DNA of 64,000 nucleotides from a virus: the IMG/VR virus record IMGVR_UViG_3300030119_000590, positions 1-64,000 of that record; one strand, written 5' to 3'. Shown here one piece after another: positions 38,481 to 49,038 of the stretch. The notes under the pieces are model-generated. The model was given only the letters and a program-made list of their open reading frames with translations, did no database searches and was not told the DNA's origin. Position numbers and translations under genes: made by a program. Position 1 is the first letter of the stretch. Each line of letters opens with the position of its first letter.

Positions 38481-39833
38481 ATGAATTTTTCTAGAAGAAA
38501 GTTTTTGCGAACCGCAGGAGCAACACTTAGTTTACCATTTTTTCCTTCCTTACTCAGTGGTAAGTCTGATTCTATACTTCCACATAAAAAATTGGTTATG
38601 ATGTATATACCTAACGGAATACTTCGTAGTAACTTTTTTCCTAACGAACTTGAAAAAGAACTTCCAAAGTTTATTGGTGGGTTCAATGCCGATAAAACTA
38701 AAGATAAAGTAAGAATAGCAAATGAACCTGGAGTTTACCCATTGGAATTAACTCCAACAATGAAACCTTTACAGAAGCATATAAAAGATATATCGTTGGT
38801 TACTGGATTAGATAGAACATATAAAAATGGTCAAGATGTTCATGCTCAAGGTGCGTCATGTTATTTAACAAGTGTATCTCCTGAACAGGCTGCCGACAAA
38901 GGAATGAAATATCCAAACGGAAGAAGTCTAGACCAAGTGATAGGAGACAAAGTGGGACACACTACGGCATACAATACTCTTGAAATAAGTTGTAATGGAT
39001 TCACTTCTGGTAAAGAAGATATATTTTTTGATAATATTTCATGGTATGGTCCGGGTAAAATAGCTCCATCAATCAGAAGTCCTCGTAAGTTGTATGATAG
39101 ATTGTTTATGTCAGACTCTTACAGAACCCATATAAATGATGTAACGGATTTAATTTTGGCAGATGCAAATTCAATCAAAGGAAAATTAGGTTCTGCTGAT
39201 AAAAATTCAATGGAAGAGTTTCTTGATATGATAAGAAATATTGAGGTTCGTATAAGCAAACTGGATGAAATAATAAAAAATGCTGACATTAAACAGCCTA
39301 CAAATGAAATTTTACCAAGAGGTCAGTACATAAAACTTCAAGCAGATATGATGTTGTTGGCAATGCAAATGGGAATAACGAATGTCAGCACATTTATGAT
39401 TGGTCCCGAAAGATGGGATGCCACTCTTTTTTATGAAGGTGTGTTTGATAATCCTGTTCAACACCACAACATGACTCATAATCAACAAAGAGAAGAAGAA
39501 GGATTAAAGAAAATTGATTTATTTCACATTGAACAATTTTCATATGTAATTTCAAAAATGAAAGAAATCAAAGAAGCAAACGGAACAAGTTTATTTGATA
39601 ATTCTTTGATTACTTATGGTGCAGGTCTTGGTGATGGAGCAACACATCAATATTTTGATTTGCCGATGATTGTTGCGGGTCTGGGTCAGAATCAAATTAA
39701 ACAAGGAAGGTATATTCAGTGCAAGAGTGGGACATTGAATTCAAATTTATGGTTAACTTTAGCAAATTTAATGGGACTCGAAATCAGCTCTTTTTCAGAT
39801 AGTAACGGAGTCATTTCTGACTTATGGACATAA
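38481..39833 (+). CDS. DUF1552 (HXXSHH-type) protein with Tat signal, bacterial type
   Basis: MNFSRRKFLRTAGATLSLPFFPSL twin-arginine signal; YIPNG, SLDQVI, ISW, LYDRLF, QHHNMTH, LFDNSLITYGAGLGDG..H...LPMIVAG. Confidence 0.85.
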   Translation: MNFSRRKFLRTAGATLSLPFFPSLLSGKSDSILPHKKLVMMYIPNGILRSNFFPNELEKELPKFIGGFNADKTKDKVRIANEPGVYPLELTPTMKPLQKHIKDISLVTGLDRTYKNGQDVHAQGASCYLTSVSPEQAADKGMKYPNGRSLDQVIGDKVGHTTAYNTLEISCNGFTSGKEDIFFDNISWYGPGKIAPSIRSPRKLYDRLFMSDSYRTHINDVTDLILADANSIKGKLGSADKNSMEEFLDMIRNIEVRISKLDEIIKNADIKQPTNEILPRGQYIKLQADMMLLAMQMGITNVSTFMIGPERWDATLFYEGVFDNPVQHHNMTHNQQREEEGLKKIDLFHIEQFSYVISKMKEIKEANGTSLFDNSLITYGAGLGDGATHQYFDLPMIVAGLGQNQIKQGRYIQCKSGTLNSNLWLTLANLMGLEISSFSDSNGVISDLWT

Positions 39834-39836
39834 ACG

Positions 39837-40247
39837 GTGGCGGTAATGAAAAAACTTAATGGTAACATTTATTTAAAGGTTGAAGAAATCGAAAAGTATA
39901 TAGACGAGGTGACAATAAGATTCAAAACATCACATCGTACACCTTTTCCTAGCAGTATTAGATATTTAGATGTTGAGTTCGTAGACCGAATCAAAGAAGA
40001 AGCAAAAAACTTATCTCTATCAATGAACTATCTATATGGATATGGTGAACAATATGCTTCGATTAAATCAATTAAACAAAAAATATTAGAAAGATTTAGA
40101 GAAGAAGATTCATGCGAAGATACTTTACACTTTATGCAATATGACCTTTCACAAACACAGAGAATAAAATATAGAACACTTTATGAAAACTTTTTGATAA
40201 ACGTATTTCTTGAAGAGTGCTTGGTAAAACTTAGAAATGTATCATAG
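39837..40247 (+). CDS. hypothetical protein
   Basis: 136-aa ORF directly after the DUF1552 gene. Confidence 0.6.
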   Translation: MAVMKKLNGNIYLKVEEIEKYIDEVTIRFKTSHRTPFPSSIRYLDVEFVDRIKEEAKNLSLSMNYLYGYGEQYASIKSIKQKILERFREEDSCEDTLHFMQYDLSQTQRIKYRTLYENFLINVFLEECLVKLRNVS

Positions 40248-40250
40248 TAT

Positions 40251-40279
40251 TTGACAAAACATAAAAAGAATGGAATAAT
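40251..40279 (+). promoter_or_regulatory. sigma70-like promoter
   Basis: TTGACA-17 bp-AATAAT with an extended -10 TG; predicted +1 coincides with ATG 40286. Confidence 0.55.
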
Positions 40280-40285
40280 ATTGTT

Positions 40286-40900
40286 ATGGCTAAAATGGAC
40301 AAAGATGATTTAAAAAGTGTGATTAAAAAATCACGCAAATTATTTAAAGGAGAAGAACTTCCCAAAGTACATGGTTACGAAGGAGAAGTTGAAGAACTCG
40401 TTATTCGTCAACCTGGAGAAATATGGACAGACAAAGACGGAAAAGAATGGAAGCAAATCGGTTCTAGTACAAAAGTTAGAACTGAGACTATGATGGACAA
40501 AGTCAGAAAATCACTTCGTCAATGTCCTGCTTGCAATAAGGATATAGATCAAACCTATTTGAATAAACGAATGATGGCAATACGAGGTATGTGCTTTGAT
40601 TGTGTACAGGAGTTTGAAGCAAAACTTAAAAAAGAAGGCAAGTATGAAGATTATGAAAAGAAAACTTTGCTTGAAAATGAAAGAAGTTTTTTGGTAGAAA
40701 CCAGAGTAAAGTTAGTGGAATCAAAAGAACACATTGCATCAAATCCTGAGTTTATGAATGAAGACGGAAGTTTTGAACAGTGGAATTTACCAAATAAAGA
40801 TAAAATTTTAGAAGACCTAAACTCTGACTTAGAGGAGTTAGAAAAACGATTGAGTGAAGTTGAATCAGAGTTAATTCCGTTTGAGGGAATGAAATTTTAG
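40286..40900 (+). CDS. Zn-finger (CxxC...CxxC) coiled-coil protein upstream of terminase
   Basis: CPAC...CFDC; GEIWTDKDGKEW. Confidence 0.75.
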   Translation: MAKMDKDDLKSVIKKSRKLFKGEELPKVHGYEGEVEELVIRQPGEIWTDKDGKEWKQIGSSTKVRTETMMDKVRKSLRQCPACNKDIDQTYLNKRMMAIRGMCFDCVQEFEAKLKKEGKYEDYEKKTLLENERSFLVETRVKLVESKEHIASNPEFMNEDGSFEQWNLPNKDKILEDLNSDLEELEKRLSEVESELIPFEGMKF

Positions 40901-40952
40901 ACGATACCACCGACTTTTTGTAAAAAAAAGTGTATATACGTATTTATAGAGG

Positions 40953-42551
40953 ATGGCAAATAACAATCCTCCACTCCGTGAAATAATCAAGAAAGAGTAT
41001 GCTGAGTGTTTAAAATCACCTGCATACTTTATGAAAAAGTATTGTAAGATTCAGCATCCTACACTTGGTACAATTCCGTTTAATTTATACGACTTTCAAA
41101 CAAAGACTCTTGATAGTTTTCGTGACGAACAATTTAACATTGTTCTGAAAGCACGGCAAATGGGTATTTCTACACTTGTGTCTGGATATGCATTGTGGTT
41201 AATGACATTTTTTACCGATAAGTCAATTTTATGCATTGCAATCAACCAGGAGACCGCAAAAAACATTGTTACAAAGGTAACTCATATGTCTGAGCATTTA
41301 CCAAGTTGGTTACGAAGTGAATGCACTGAAAAAAATAAATTAAGTATGAGGTTTAGAAACGGAAGTAGTATTCGTGCAGCTTCAAGTAGTGTTGATGCTT
41401 CTCGTTCTACATCTTTGAGTTTACTCATCGTAGACGAGTGTGCGTTCATTTCAAATATGGAAGATATTTGGACTGCATCGCAATCTACAATTACAACCGG
41501 TGGTCGTTCTATATTACTTTCAACTCCAAATGGAATAGGTAACTTCTTCCATAAAACATGGGTTGGGTCAATGGACGGTTCTAACGATTTTAATCCAATT
41601 AAACTTCATTGGAATTTACATCCTGACCGAACACAAGAGTGGAGAGACTTACAAACAAAGTTATTGGGTGACAAAGATGCAGCCCAGGAATGTGATTGTG
41701 ACTTCATAAGCAGTGGTCGTTCGGTTATTGATGCAGATATAGTAGAATGGTATAAATCGAATAGTATGAAAGAACCACTTGAGAAACGTGGTATAAACAA
41801 AGAATATTGGTTATGGGAATATCCTGATCATTCGAAAGACTATGTTGTTGCAGCTGATGTTGCCCGAGGAGATGGAAAAGATAAAAGTGCTTTTCATGTG
41901 TTTGATGTTGAGAATTTGGTTCAAGTTGCAGAGTTCCGTGGTGATATGGAAACAAAAGATTACGGAAATCTACTTGTTGCGGTGGCAAACGAATACAATG
42001 GTGCATTGCTCGTTGTGGAAAATGCGAATATTGGTTGGGCAGTTTTGCAACAAATATTAGACAGAGGTTATAGCAATTTATATTATACTCAACGAGATTA
42101 TCAATATGTAGATGAACTTGCTCAACATACCAACAAACTTAATCGCATGGAAAAGAAGCAAGTTCCTGGATTCACAACATCCGTCAAAACTCGACCTCTG
42201 ATCATCAGTAAAATGGAAAGTTATGTCCGTGAAAAAGAAATCGTAATAAATTCAGAAAGAACGATTGAAGAAATGTTTACTTTTATATGGAACGGAATGA
42301 AAGCAGAAGCAATGCCTGGTTACACCGATGACTTGGTTATGAGTTTGTGTATTTCTTTATGGGTAAGAGATACTGCACTTAGATTTAGGTCGGAAAATAT
42401 GAATACTCAAAAATCAATGTTTGATTATATGGGTTCAACCACAAACTTGGATATGGGTGATGCTTATCTTAGGTCTGGACTAAAAAGCAATCCATACGAA
42501 ATGAAAAATCCACACGGAGAAAGTGAAAACTTGGATTGGCTATTAAAATGA
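40953..42551 (+). CDS. terL: terminase large subunit (gp17-like)
   Basis: LKARQMGIST Walker A, LIVDECAF Walker B, STPNG motif C, AADVARG and TDDLVMS nuclease motifs. Confidence 0.96.
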   Translation: MANNNPPLREIIKKEYAECLKSPAYFMKKYCKIQHPTLGTIPFNLYDFQTKTLDSFRDEQFNIVLKARQMGISTLVSGYALWLMTFFTDKSILCIAINQETAKNIVTKVTHMSEHLPSWLRSECTEKNKLSMRFRNGSSIRAASSSVDASRSTSLSLLIVDECAFISNMEDIWTASQSTITTGGRSILLSTPNGIGNFFHKTWVGSMDGSNDFNPIKLHWNLHPDRTQEWRDLQTKLLGDKDAAQECDCDFISSGRSVIDADIVEWYKSNSMKEPLEKRGINKEYWLWEYPDHSKDYVVAADVARGDGKDKSAFHVFDVENLVQVAEFRGDMETKDYGNLLVAVANEYNGALLVVENANIGWAVLQQILDRGYSNLYYTQRDYQYVDELAQHTNKLNRMEKKQVPGFTTSVKTRPLIISKMESYVREKEIVINSERTIEEMFTFIWNGMKAEAMPGYTDDLVMSLCISLWVRDTALRFRSENMNTQKSMFDYMGSTTNLDMGDAYLRSGLKSNPYEMKNPHGESENLDWLLK

Positions 42552-42585
42552 TATTTATGTAAAAACAACTAACAGGAGACAAAAC

Positions 42586-43194
42586 ATGATAAAAACGCCG
42601 AATATACTCATAGCAATGGGATTACTATTTTTTACAGGAGGATGTGCAACACAATCCTTACTTCCGACTCAAGGGGTATATACGGAGTCAACATTTGAAA
42701 CTTATACACAAGTTGAAGGTGTAGTTGATAAAATTGTGGTCGGAAAAACCAAATACTCGGATTTGGTAAATCTAGGTCTTGACTTGGAAAATATTCCAAA
42801 TGTTAAAAGACTTACTTACCTTGATGTGATGAGTAAGTTTAAATTAGATAGTCCGTCACGATTTACGTTGTTTAATAAAATTGAATTGCCAGCTGGTGTT
42901 TTGAAGATGTTGGCCGCAAAAGAGGAAGGTAGAGCATATGAAATAAATTTAGAACGACTTAAAAATCAAAGAGAAGGAAGTGTTTTTCTAGATGTGCTTA
43001 ATTTTAGAAAAACAATACACACAACAGGTTGGCAAATAAGTGTATTGATTCTTATTGTAGATGATACGGTTGAATATGTGCTATATTCTGGTGAAAAAAA
43101 TATAGACAGAACAGAAAAAGAAAGAAACCCACTCGGACCGTTTCAAGGTTTTGACGGAGGGGATATCGTAGGAGCCGCAACTGAATTAAAGTAA
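42586..43194 (+). CDS. lipoprotein
   Basis: Signal peptide with lipobox-like FTGG-C; AGGAG RBS; own ATATTTAT motif at 42551. Confidence 0.8.
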   Translation: MIKTPNILIAMGLLFFTGGCATQSLLPTQGVYTESTFETYTQVEGVVDKIVVGKTKYSDLVNLGLDLENIPNVKRLTYLDVMSKFKLDSPSRFTLFNKIELPAGVLKMLAAKEEGRAYEINLERLKNQREGSVFLDVLNFRKTIHTTGWQISVLILIVDDTVEYVLYSGEKNIDRTEKERNPLGPFQGFDGGDIVGAATELK

Positions 43195-43209
43195 ATACAT
43201 ATATATTTA

Positions 43210-43238
43210 TTGACAATCAGATATTTATTACATACAAT
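43210..43238 (+). promoter_or_regulatory. sigma70-like promoter upstream of portal, overlapping two ATATTTAT motifs
   Basis: TTGACA-17 bp-TACAAT. Confidence 0.65.
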
Positions 43239-43262
43239 AAAAGACTTATAAGGTTATAATTT

Positions 43263-45155
43263 ATGGCAGACGAAACAGGAGTAAAGAGATTATTTAGTGG
43301 ATTAAAGCGTATGTTTTCGTCTGAAGTTATTGTGCGTAATGTCGGAGGAAAGAAACTTAAAATTGCTGACACCGACAAATTGCAGTATAGTTCCAAGTTA
43401 AAAGACAAGTACAATAGAATGCATACATTGTATTCTGATTTTGCAAGTCAATACAATAACATTGGATTTCAAACACATCGTATAGAATTGTTTAGTGACT
43501 ACGATATGATGGAAAGTGATCCGATTATTGCAAGTGCATTGGATATATATTCTGATGAATGTACAACACGAAGTGAGTTTGGTGATGTTCTCAAAATTTC
43601 AAGTTCTGATTCAAACATCAAAGGTATCCTTGAAAATTTATTTTATGACATATTAAATATTGAGTTTAATCTATGGAGTTGGACTCGTAATATGTGTAAA
43701 TATGGAGATTTTTATTTGCACTTGGAAATTGAACCTGAATATGGAATTCACAATGTAAAACCGATTTCCACTTATGAAATGACTCGTATTGAGGATATGG
43801 ACCCAACAAATCCTTCGTATGTTATGTTTAAACAAGAAGGACAGGCTCGTTCTGACTACGAGAATTATGAAATAGCACACTTTAGAATGTTGGGTGATAG
43901 TAACTTTCTTCCGTATGGAAAAAGTGTTATTGAACCTGCTCGTAGAGTTTGGAAGCAACTCCAACTTATGGAAGATGCTATGTTGATTCACCGAGTGATG
44001 CGGGCACCTGAGAAAAGAATGTTCTATATTGACATTGGTAATATCCCACCAAACGAAGTTGATAATTTTATGCAAAAGGTTATCAATAAAATGAAGAAAG
44101 TTCCATTCGTGGACGAAAGAACCGGTGATTACAACCTTAAGTTTAATTTACAGAACATGACCGAAGACTTCTTTATGCCTGTCCGTGGAGGAGATAGTGG
44201 TACTAGAATTGAAAATCTAGGTGCTATGACTTACGATGGAACAGAAGATATTGAGTATGTTAAAAACAAAATGATGGCTGCTCTTAAAATTCCAAAAGCA
44301 TTTCTTGGATATGAAGAGGGAATAACAGGCAAAGCAACATTGGCTGCTGAAGATATTCGTTTTGCACGAACCATTGAACGTGTTCAACGAATTATGGTCA
44401 GTGAACTTACTAAAATTGCCATTGTTCATTTGTATGCCCAAGGATACAAAGACTCAAAACTTGTTGATTTTAATTTAGGTCTTACGAACCCATCTACTAT
44501 TTTTGAAGAAGAACGAGTTCGTATTCTAGGTGAGAAATTGAATACTGCAAGGGACATGATGGATGCCAAAATGTTTTCTAAGACTTGGATATACAATACC
44601 ATATTTGGGTTATCAGAAGATGAAGTTGCAGGTATTCGTGAAAACTTTGTCGATGATGCGAAGGAATATTATCGTTTGGAAACAATTCAAAACGAAGGAA
44701 CTGATCCTGCTGACCCTAACGCACAAGTTGATGATGAAGAAGGGGATGAAAGTTGGGGGTTTGGTGACTTTGAAGGTATGACTGAAGAAGAAAAAGAAAA
44801 AGCAATTGCCCAACGAAAAAAAGAAGAAAAGAAAAGGCAAAACGCACGAAAAGTATATAATCATCCTGACAACAAACCGATGGGAAGAGACCCACTCGGT
44901 TCAGGTGAAAGACGAGTATCGGGTAGAGATTGGGGTGATAGTCCTTTAAAATTAGAAGCAGATTTTAATAAACTTGACGAATTTTTATCGTCAAAAAAGT
45001 CTAAAGTTTCACTTCCAACCGAATCTTCTCTTATAGTTGAGAATACGGAAGAAGTGGTTAAAAACAAGAAAAACGATGATTTTGAGAAAAAAAGTTCGGA
45101 AAAAATTAACAAAGAAGAAGGGTATTTAAGTGAAGATAATTTAATTGATAAATGA
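43263..45155 (+). CDS. gp20: portal protein (T4 gp20-like)
   Basis: LMEDAMLIHRVMRAPEKRMFYIDIGNIP, EDFFMPVRGG, EDIRFARTIER. Confidence 0.95.
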   Translation: MADETGVKRLFSGLKRMFSSEVIVRNVGGKKLKIADTDKLQYSSKLKDKYNRMHTLYSDFASQYNNIGFQTHRIELFSDYDMMESDPIIASALDIYSDECTTRSEFGDVLKISSSDSNIKGILENLFYDILNIEFNLWSWTRNMCKYGDFYLHLEIEPEYGIHNVKPISTYEMTRIEDMDPTNPSYVMFKQEGQARSDYENYEIAHFRMLGDSNFLPYGKSVIEPARRVWKQLQLMEDAMLIHRVMRAPEKRMFYIDIGNIPPNEVDNFMQKVINKMKKVPFVDERTGDYNLKFNLQNMTEDFFMPVRGGDSGTRIENLGAMTYDGTEDIEYVKNKMMAALKIPKAFLGYEEGITGKATLAAEDIRFARTIERVQRIMVSELTKIAIVHLYAQGYKDSKLVDFNLGLTNPSTIFEEERVRILGEKLNTARDMMDAKMFSKTWIYNTIFGLSEDEVAGIRENFVDDAKEYYRLETIQNEGTDPADPNAQVDDEEGDESWGFGDFEGMTEEEKEKAIAQRKKEEKKRQNARKVYNHPDNKPMGRDPLGSGERRVSGRDWGDSPLKLEADFNKLDEFLSSKKSKVSLPTESSLIVENTEEVVKNKKNDDFEKKSSEKINKEEGYLSEDNLIDK

Positions 45156-45228
45156 TTTTTTAAAAATATTCCACAATAATTATATTTATACTCATATTTA
45201 TACTTGTATATATAAGTTTGATTTTCAC

Positions 45229-46092
45229 GTGAAAAAATTAAAACATAGTAAATTTAAGAATACTGGCATTTTGTTTGAACTATTAGTTCGGCAAATTACC
45301 GCTGATATTCTTGATGACAAACAAGACTCTCATGCCAATCGTTTAATGCGTAAGTATTTTTCTGAGGAAGCATCTCTTGGCAAAGAACAAAGATTGTATC
45401 AATTGCTCATGGAAGAGTCGGCACACGACACTATAAATGCTGAACGATTGATTGATGCGGTTGCAAAGTCTCACAAGAAACTTAATACCAAAAAGTTAGC
45501 ACAACAACGATACGAATTAGTTAAAGAAATGAAGGATGCTTATCCTATTGATGATTTTCTTCGTTCAAAAATTCGTAATTATAAAACATATGCCAGTATC
45601 TTTAAGTTGTTTGAAAGTGAAAATGAAGATATTTATTGCGATGCCAAAGAGTTGTACGAGTCAAAGAATACCATAATACAAGGATTGTGTAGTAAGAAAG
45701 CACAAACTAATGAGTCTACGGAAGATTACGAGCAACACAACGAAGACCTTCGTTTGATAACATATAAACTTCTGGTTGACAAATTTAATGAAAAGTATAG
45801 CAGTACCCTTAGTGAAGACCAACAAAAACTTCTTAAAAACTATATAAATAATATTTCAAACACGAATAGTTTGAGAGAGTATGTAGATACACAAATCCCA
45901 TTGGTAAAATCACGAATCAGTGAATTGTCTGATAAAGTCGTGGATGACGAAGTGGTTAAGATAAAACTCGGAGAGGTTATTTCTCAGTTAGATTCTATTA
46001 GTGATGGTAGAGTCGTTAAGGATTCACAAGTTTCCACTTTGCTCATGTCATATGAACTTATAAAGGAACTTGAGAAACATGAAAACAACTGA
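45229..46092 (+). CDS. conserved head-module hypothetical protein
   Basis: KHSKFKNTGILFELLVRQIT; likely GTG start at 45229, after two TATTTATA motifs. Confidence 0.75.
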   Translation: MKKLKHSKFKNTGILFELLVRQITADILDDKQDSHANRLMRKYFSEEASLGKEQRLYQLLMEESAHDTINAERLIDAVAKSHKKLNTKKLAQQRYELVKEMKDAYPIDDFLRSKIRNYKTYASIFKLFESENEDIYCDAKELYESKNTIIQGLCSKKAQTNESTEDYEQHNEDLRLITYKLLVDKFNEKYSSTLSEDQQKLLKNYINNISNTNSLREYVDTQIPLVKSRISELSDKVVDDEVVKIKLGEVISQLDSISDGRVVKDSQVSTLLMSYELIKELEKHENN

Positions 46093-46600
46093 AAAAAATC
46101 TTAGAAAGTTAATCCGTAATTTATTAAACGAACTATTAACCGAAGAGTGTAGTGATTGTAATCATGACGATTGTGAAAAGTGCCCTCCACAGAATGTAAG
46201 TGAATTAACGTCTACTGCAAACATAGATGGTTATCAAACTCCATTCGCATTTGATCCAAAAGATGAAGAAGAACATGAAGAGTCTATAAAAGATACTGCT
46301 GAAGTATTTGATTTTAAAACAACTAAGAACGAAAAGAATAATACGATTTCCGAAGGTAGGAGTTTATATCATCTTTATAGAGACCATCCAGATATGACAC
46401 CAAGACAAAAAATAGGTGTTACTATTCGTGAAATAAATAAAATGCTTGGTGATGTCGAAAAGTTGGTATCAGTAGGCTCTAAGTTTAAGTCTGAAGTTTC
46501 TGTAAGCAACGATTCGTATTGGAAAACAACCACACGATATTTAGATAAATTAGAATCTAGATTGCAAAGAATTTCTGAAAAAGTTCGTGAACTAAGATAA
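46079..46600 (+). CDS. hypothetical head-module protein
   Basis: NLRKLIRNLLNELLTEE N-terminus; GYQTPFAF. Confidence 0.7.
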   Translation: MKTTEKNLRKLIRNLLNELLTEECSDCNHDDCEKCPPQNVSELTSTANIDGYQTPFAFDPKDEEEHEESIKDTAEVFDFKTTKNEKNNTISEGRSLYHLYRDHPDMTPRQKIGVTIREINKMLGDVEKLVSVGSKFKSEVSVSNDSYWKTTTRYLDKLESRLQRISEKVRELR

Positions 46601-46604
46601 CATC

Positions 46605-47012
46605 ATGAAAGATTCACAACGAAAAGATGTAGAAAGTGGTTTCATCATTCGTAACAAACTTAATATTTTAGAAGAACGGGTAAAACCAAAACACATAAAC
46701 AAGTGGACAAATTCAAGTGTGCTGTGTGATGAACTTAGAGGAGACTGGACTGAAAGTTCAACAGGTGCAGAGTTAACATTAAAAAACGATTCTACCTCGG
46801 TAACTGCGTGGATTTCTAAAAATAGAGCAACACATTTATATGAATGTGGATTGCGGATAGATTCGTCACTGGTCGGAAAAGAAACTTCAGCACAAGATTT
46901 ATCCAAGTCACTTGAACTACTTTCTAAAGAATTAATTGCAGCCTCAGATTTATGCTCGCAGATGAATTCTAAAATAAGTCAGTCAGAAATAAATAACGAG
47001 GAGCAGATATGA
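46605..47012 (+). CDS. hypothetical protein
   Basis: 135-aa ORF packed in the operon. Confidence 0.6.
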   Translation: MKDSQRKDVESGFIIRNKLNILEERVKPKHINKWTNSSVLCDELRGDWTESSTGAELTLKNDSTSVTAWISKNRATHLYECGLRIDSSLVGKETSAQDLSKSLELLSKELIAASDLCSQMNSKISQSEINNEEQI

Positions 47013-47872
47013 GTTGTTCATGTAAAACTAATAATATAACCGAAGACGATTCTTCGTTTGAAGAAAAGAAAATGACAGATCCATCTATTCTGGCATACAA
47101 AAAAGCACTCAAAGATTTAACTCCTATAATCCAAACTGCAAAAAATTCATCTGATGGAAAGCAACTATCGGATTCATATTGGGAAAAAGTTTCTAAGTTG
47201 TTGAAAAAGGCAAAACTTGGAATTGCTATGTTTGAGTTAGGTTTAGATGATAAAGATGGTGAAATAGAAGATTCCGACACGGAGATTACTCCAATGGGAG
47301 ATGTCAGAGACGGAGAAGAGCAATTTGACAAAGAAGAAGAGGAAACTGCAAAAGAAAAAGAAGAAACAAAGAAAGAAAAAAATGAAAATATATCTGAAGA
47401 TGCAAAGTCAGCATCTCAGCAAAGATTATTTGGTATGGTGTACGCACTTAAAAAAGGTGATTTACAGAAAGATTCAGTTAGTAAAACCTTGTGGGAAAAA
47501 ATTAAAAGCATAGCAGATGGTATTTCTTTAAAAGACGCAAAAAAATTTGCAGAAACTAAACACAATGATTTACCTGAAAGACTTCCTGCAACTGAATCCA
47601 AAAATAGTTTACTAGATTCTGCACGACATCTTGGTGTTATATTAGAATCAGAGGGTTCAAAAATAAAGTCAATGGTATATTTTAACGGTGGTCTTATAGT
47701 AGAAATAGTAAAAGGTGGCCGAGTGTATTGTGTTTGCATCGGCAAGGAAGTTTCATTGGAAGGGGTTGACTACTCTATCGACCTTGGTGATAAAACAGAC
47801 TTTGGGTTGGTATCTGAAAAATTTAATAAATTTTCCGAAATACCAGAAGAAGAGTTAAAATATGTTTGGTAA
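47009..47872 (+). CDS. hypothetical head-module protein with DUF3008-like segment
   Basis: AKSASQQRLFGMVYALKKG...FAETKHNDLPER; GAGGAG RBS. Confidence 0.65.
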   Translation: MSCSCKTNNITEDDSSFEEKKMTDPSILAYKKALKDLTPIIQTAKNSSDGKQLSDSYWEKVSKLLKKAKLGIAMFELGLDDKDGEIEDSDTEITPMGDVRDGEEQFDKEEEETAKEKEETKKEKNENISEDAKSASQQRLFGMVYALKKGDLQKDSVSKTLWEKIKSIADGISLKDAKKFAETKHNDLPERLPATESKNSLLDSARHLGVILESEGSKIKSMVYFNGGLIVEIVKGGRVYCVCIGKEVSLEGVDYSIDLGDKTDFGLVSEKFNKFSEIPEEELKYVW

Positions 47873-47948
47873 ACATTAGATTTAGTTGTTTTATAAAAAA
47901 AGATTAAATCGTAAATAAATACTTATACGTATATACTTATTATTTGAT

Positions 47949-48575
47949 ATGGCAAAGCAACTTATAGTGTCTACACTCCCTTTTGAGTTCACAAGAGAAC
48001 AAATTGCGGAAAGCATCGAGTCTAATGGAGGAGATTTGGTGGTTCGTGGCATTCTTCAAAAAGCAAAAGAACAAAATCAAAATGGTCGTGTGTATACACG
48101 TGAATTGCTTGAGAGGGAGGCTGGAAAATACCAAGAACTGATTGATGACAAACGAGCACTCGGTGAACTAGACCATCCTGATAGTGCGGTGGTGAATTTA
48201 CAGAACGTTAGTCACAACGTTTCTAAGATGTGGTGGGACGGTGATTCACTTGTGGGTGAGGTTCATGTTCTAAGTACACCAGCCGGAAACATATTGAAAG
48301 AACTATTTAAATCAGGCATTACACTTGGAATTAGTTCACGTGGAATGGGAACTACTAGAGAATCTGAAGGAAAGACACTTGTAAATGATGATTTTGAATT
48401 AGTTGCATTTGACTTCGTGAGTAACCCTTCTACAAGAGGTGCTTTTCTTGAACCAATTAATTTGAACGAATCAGTTGATCCAACTCAAGTTGTAACGGAC
48501 GGCCGAGTTTGTTCAAAGTTTTGTAAAGTTGAAGGAATTATTCACGAAATTTTAGGTGAAGTTGGAGAATCTTAA
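47949..48575 (+). CDS. gp21: prohead core protease (T4 gp21-like)
   Basis: NQNGRVY, ALGELDHP, VSH, LGISSRGMG, DFVSNPS. Confidence 0.95.
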   Translation: MAKQLIVSTLPFEFTREQIAESIESNGGDLVVRGILQKAKEQNQNGRVYTRELLEREAGKYQELIDDKRALGELDHPDSAVVNLQNVSHNVSKMWWDGDSLVGEVHVLSTPAGNILKELFKSGITLGISSRGMGTTRESEGKTLVNDDFELVAFDFVSNPSTRGAFLEPINLNESVDPTQVVTDGRVCSKFCKVEGIIHEILGEVGES

Positions 48576-48576
48576 T

Positions 48577-49038
48577 ATGGAAAAGAACGAGGTTATACGA
48601 CTAATTAAAGAAAGCATTTTGGAAGTTGCCAAGGAGCAACGTGACCAAATCAATGAATTTAATCCCATGACGGGACGATTTGATGACGAAGGAATGTCTT
48701 CTCACCAAAAGAAAATTGCGTCCGAGAAGATTTCAAAGTTTGGTAAGTATCAACGATTTATTGCACTCGAGGCAAAAGATATGGATGTTGCTGAAGATAT
48801 ATGCAATATAGTTGAAAACGCATCAAAGTATATTCTCAACGAAACCGATGATTGGTTTGATGCAATGAGTGTAAAAAGAAATTTAAAAGAAATTAAAACT
48901 CTTGCAAAAGAATTTTACAAGACTGCAAGTGAACGTCAGGTTTACACACAACGTATGCAGAGTTTATATGAAGATATGGGCAACATATTAAATCGTTATT
49001 TTGAAATACAAGAGGAAACCACAAATGAAGAGAAGTGA
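48577..49038 (+). CDS. hypothetical head-module protein
   Basis: MEKNEVIRLIKESILEV; C-terminal LYEDMGNILNRYFEI; GGAG RBS. Confidence 0.75.
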   Translation: MEKNEVIRLIKESILEVAKEQRDQINEFNPMTGRFDDEGMSSHQKKIASEKISKFGKYQRFIALEAKDMDVAEDICNIVENASKYILNETDDWFDAMSVKRNLKEIKTLAKEFYKTASERQVYTQRMQSLYEDMGNILNRYFEIQEETTNEEK

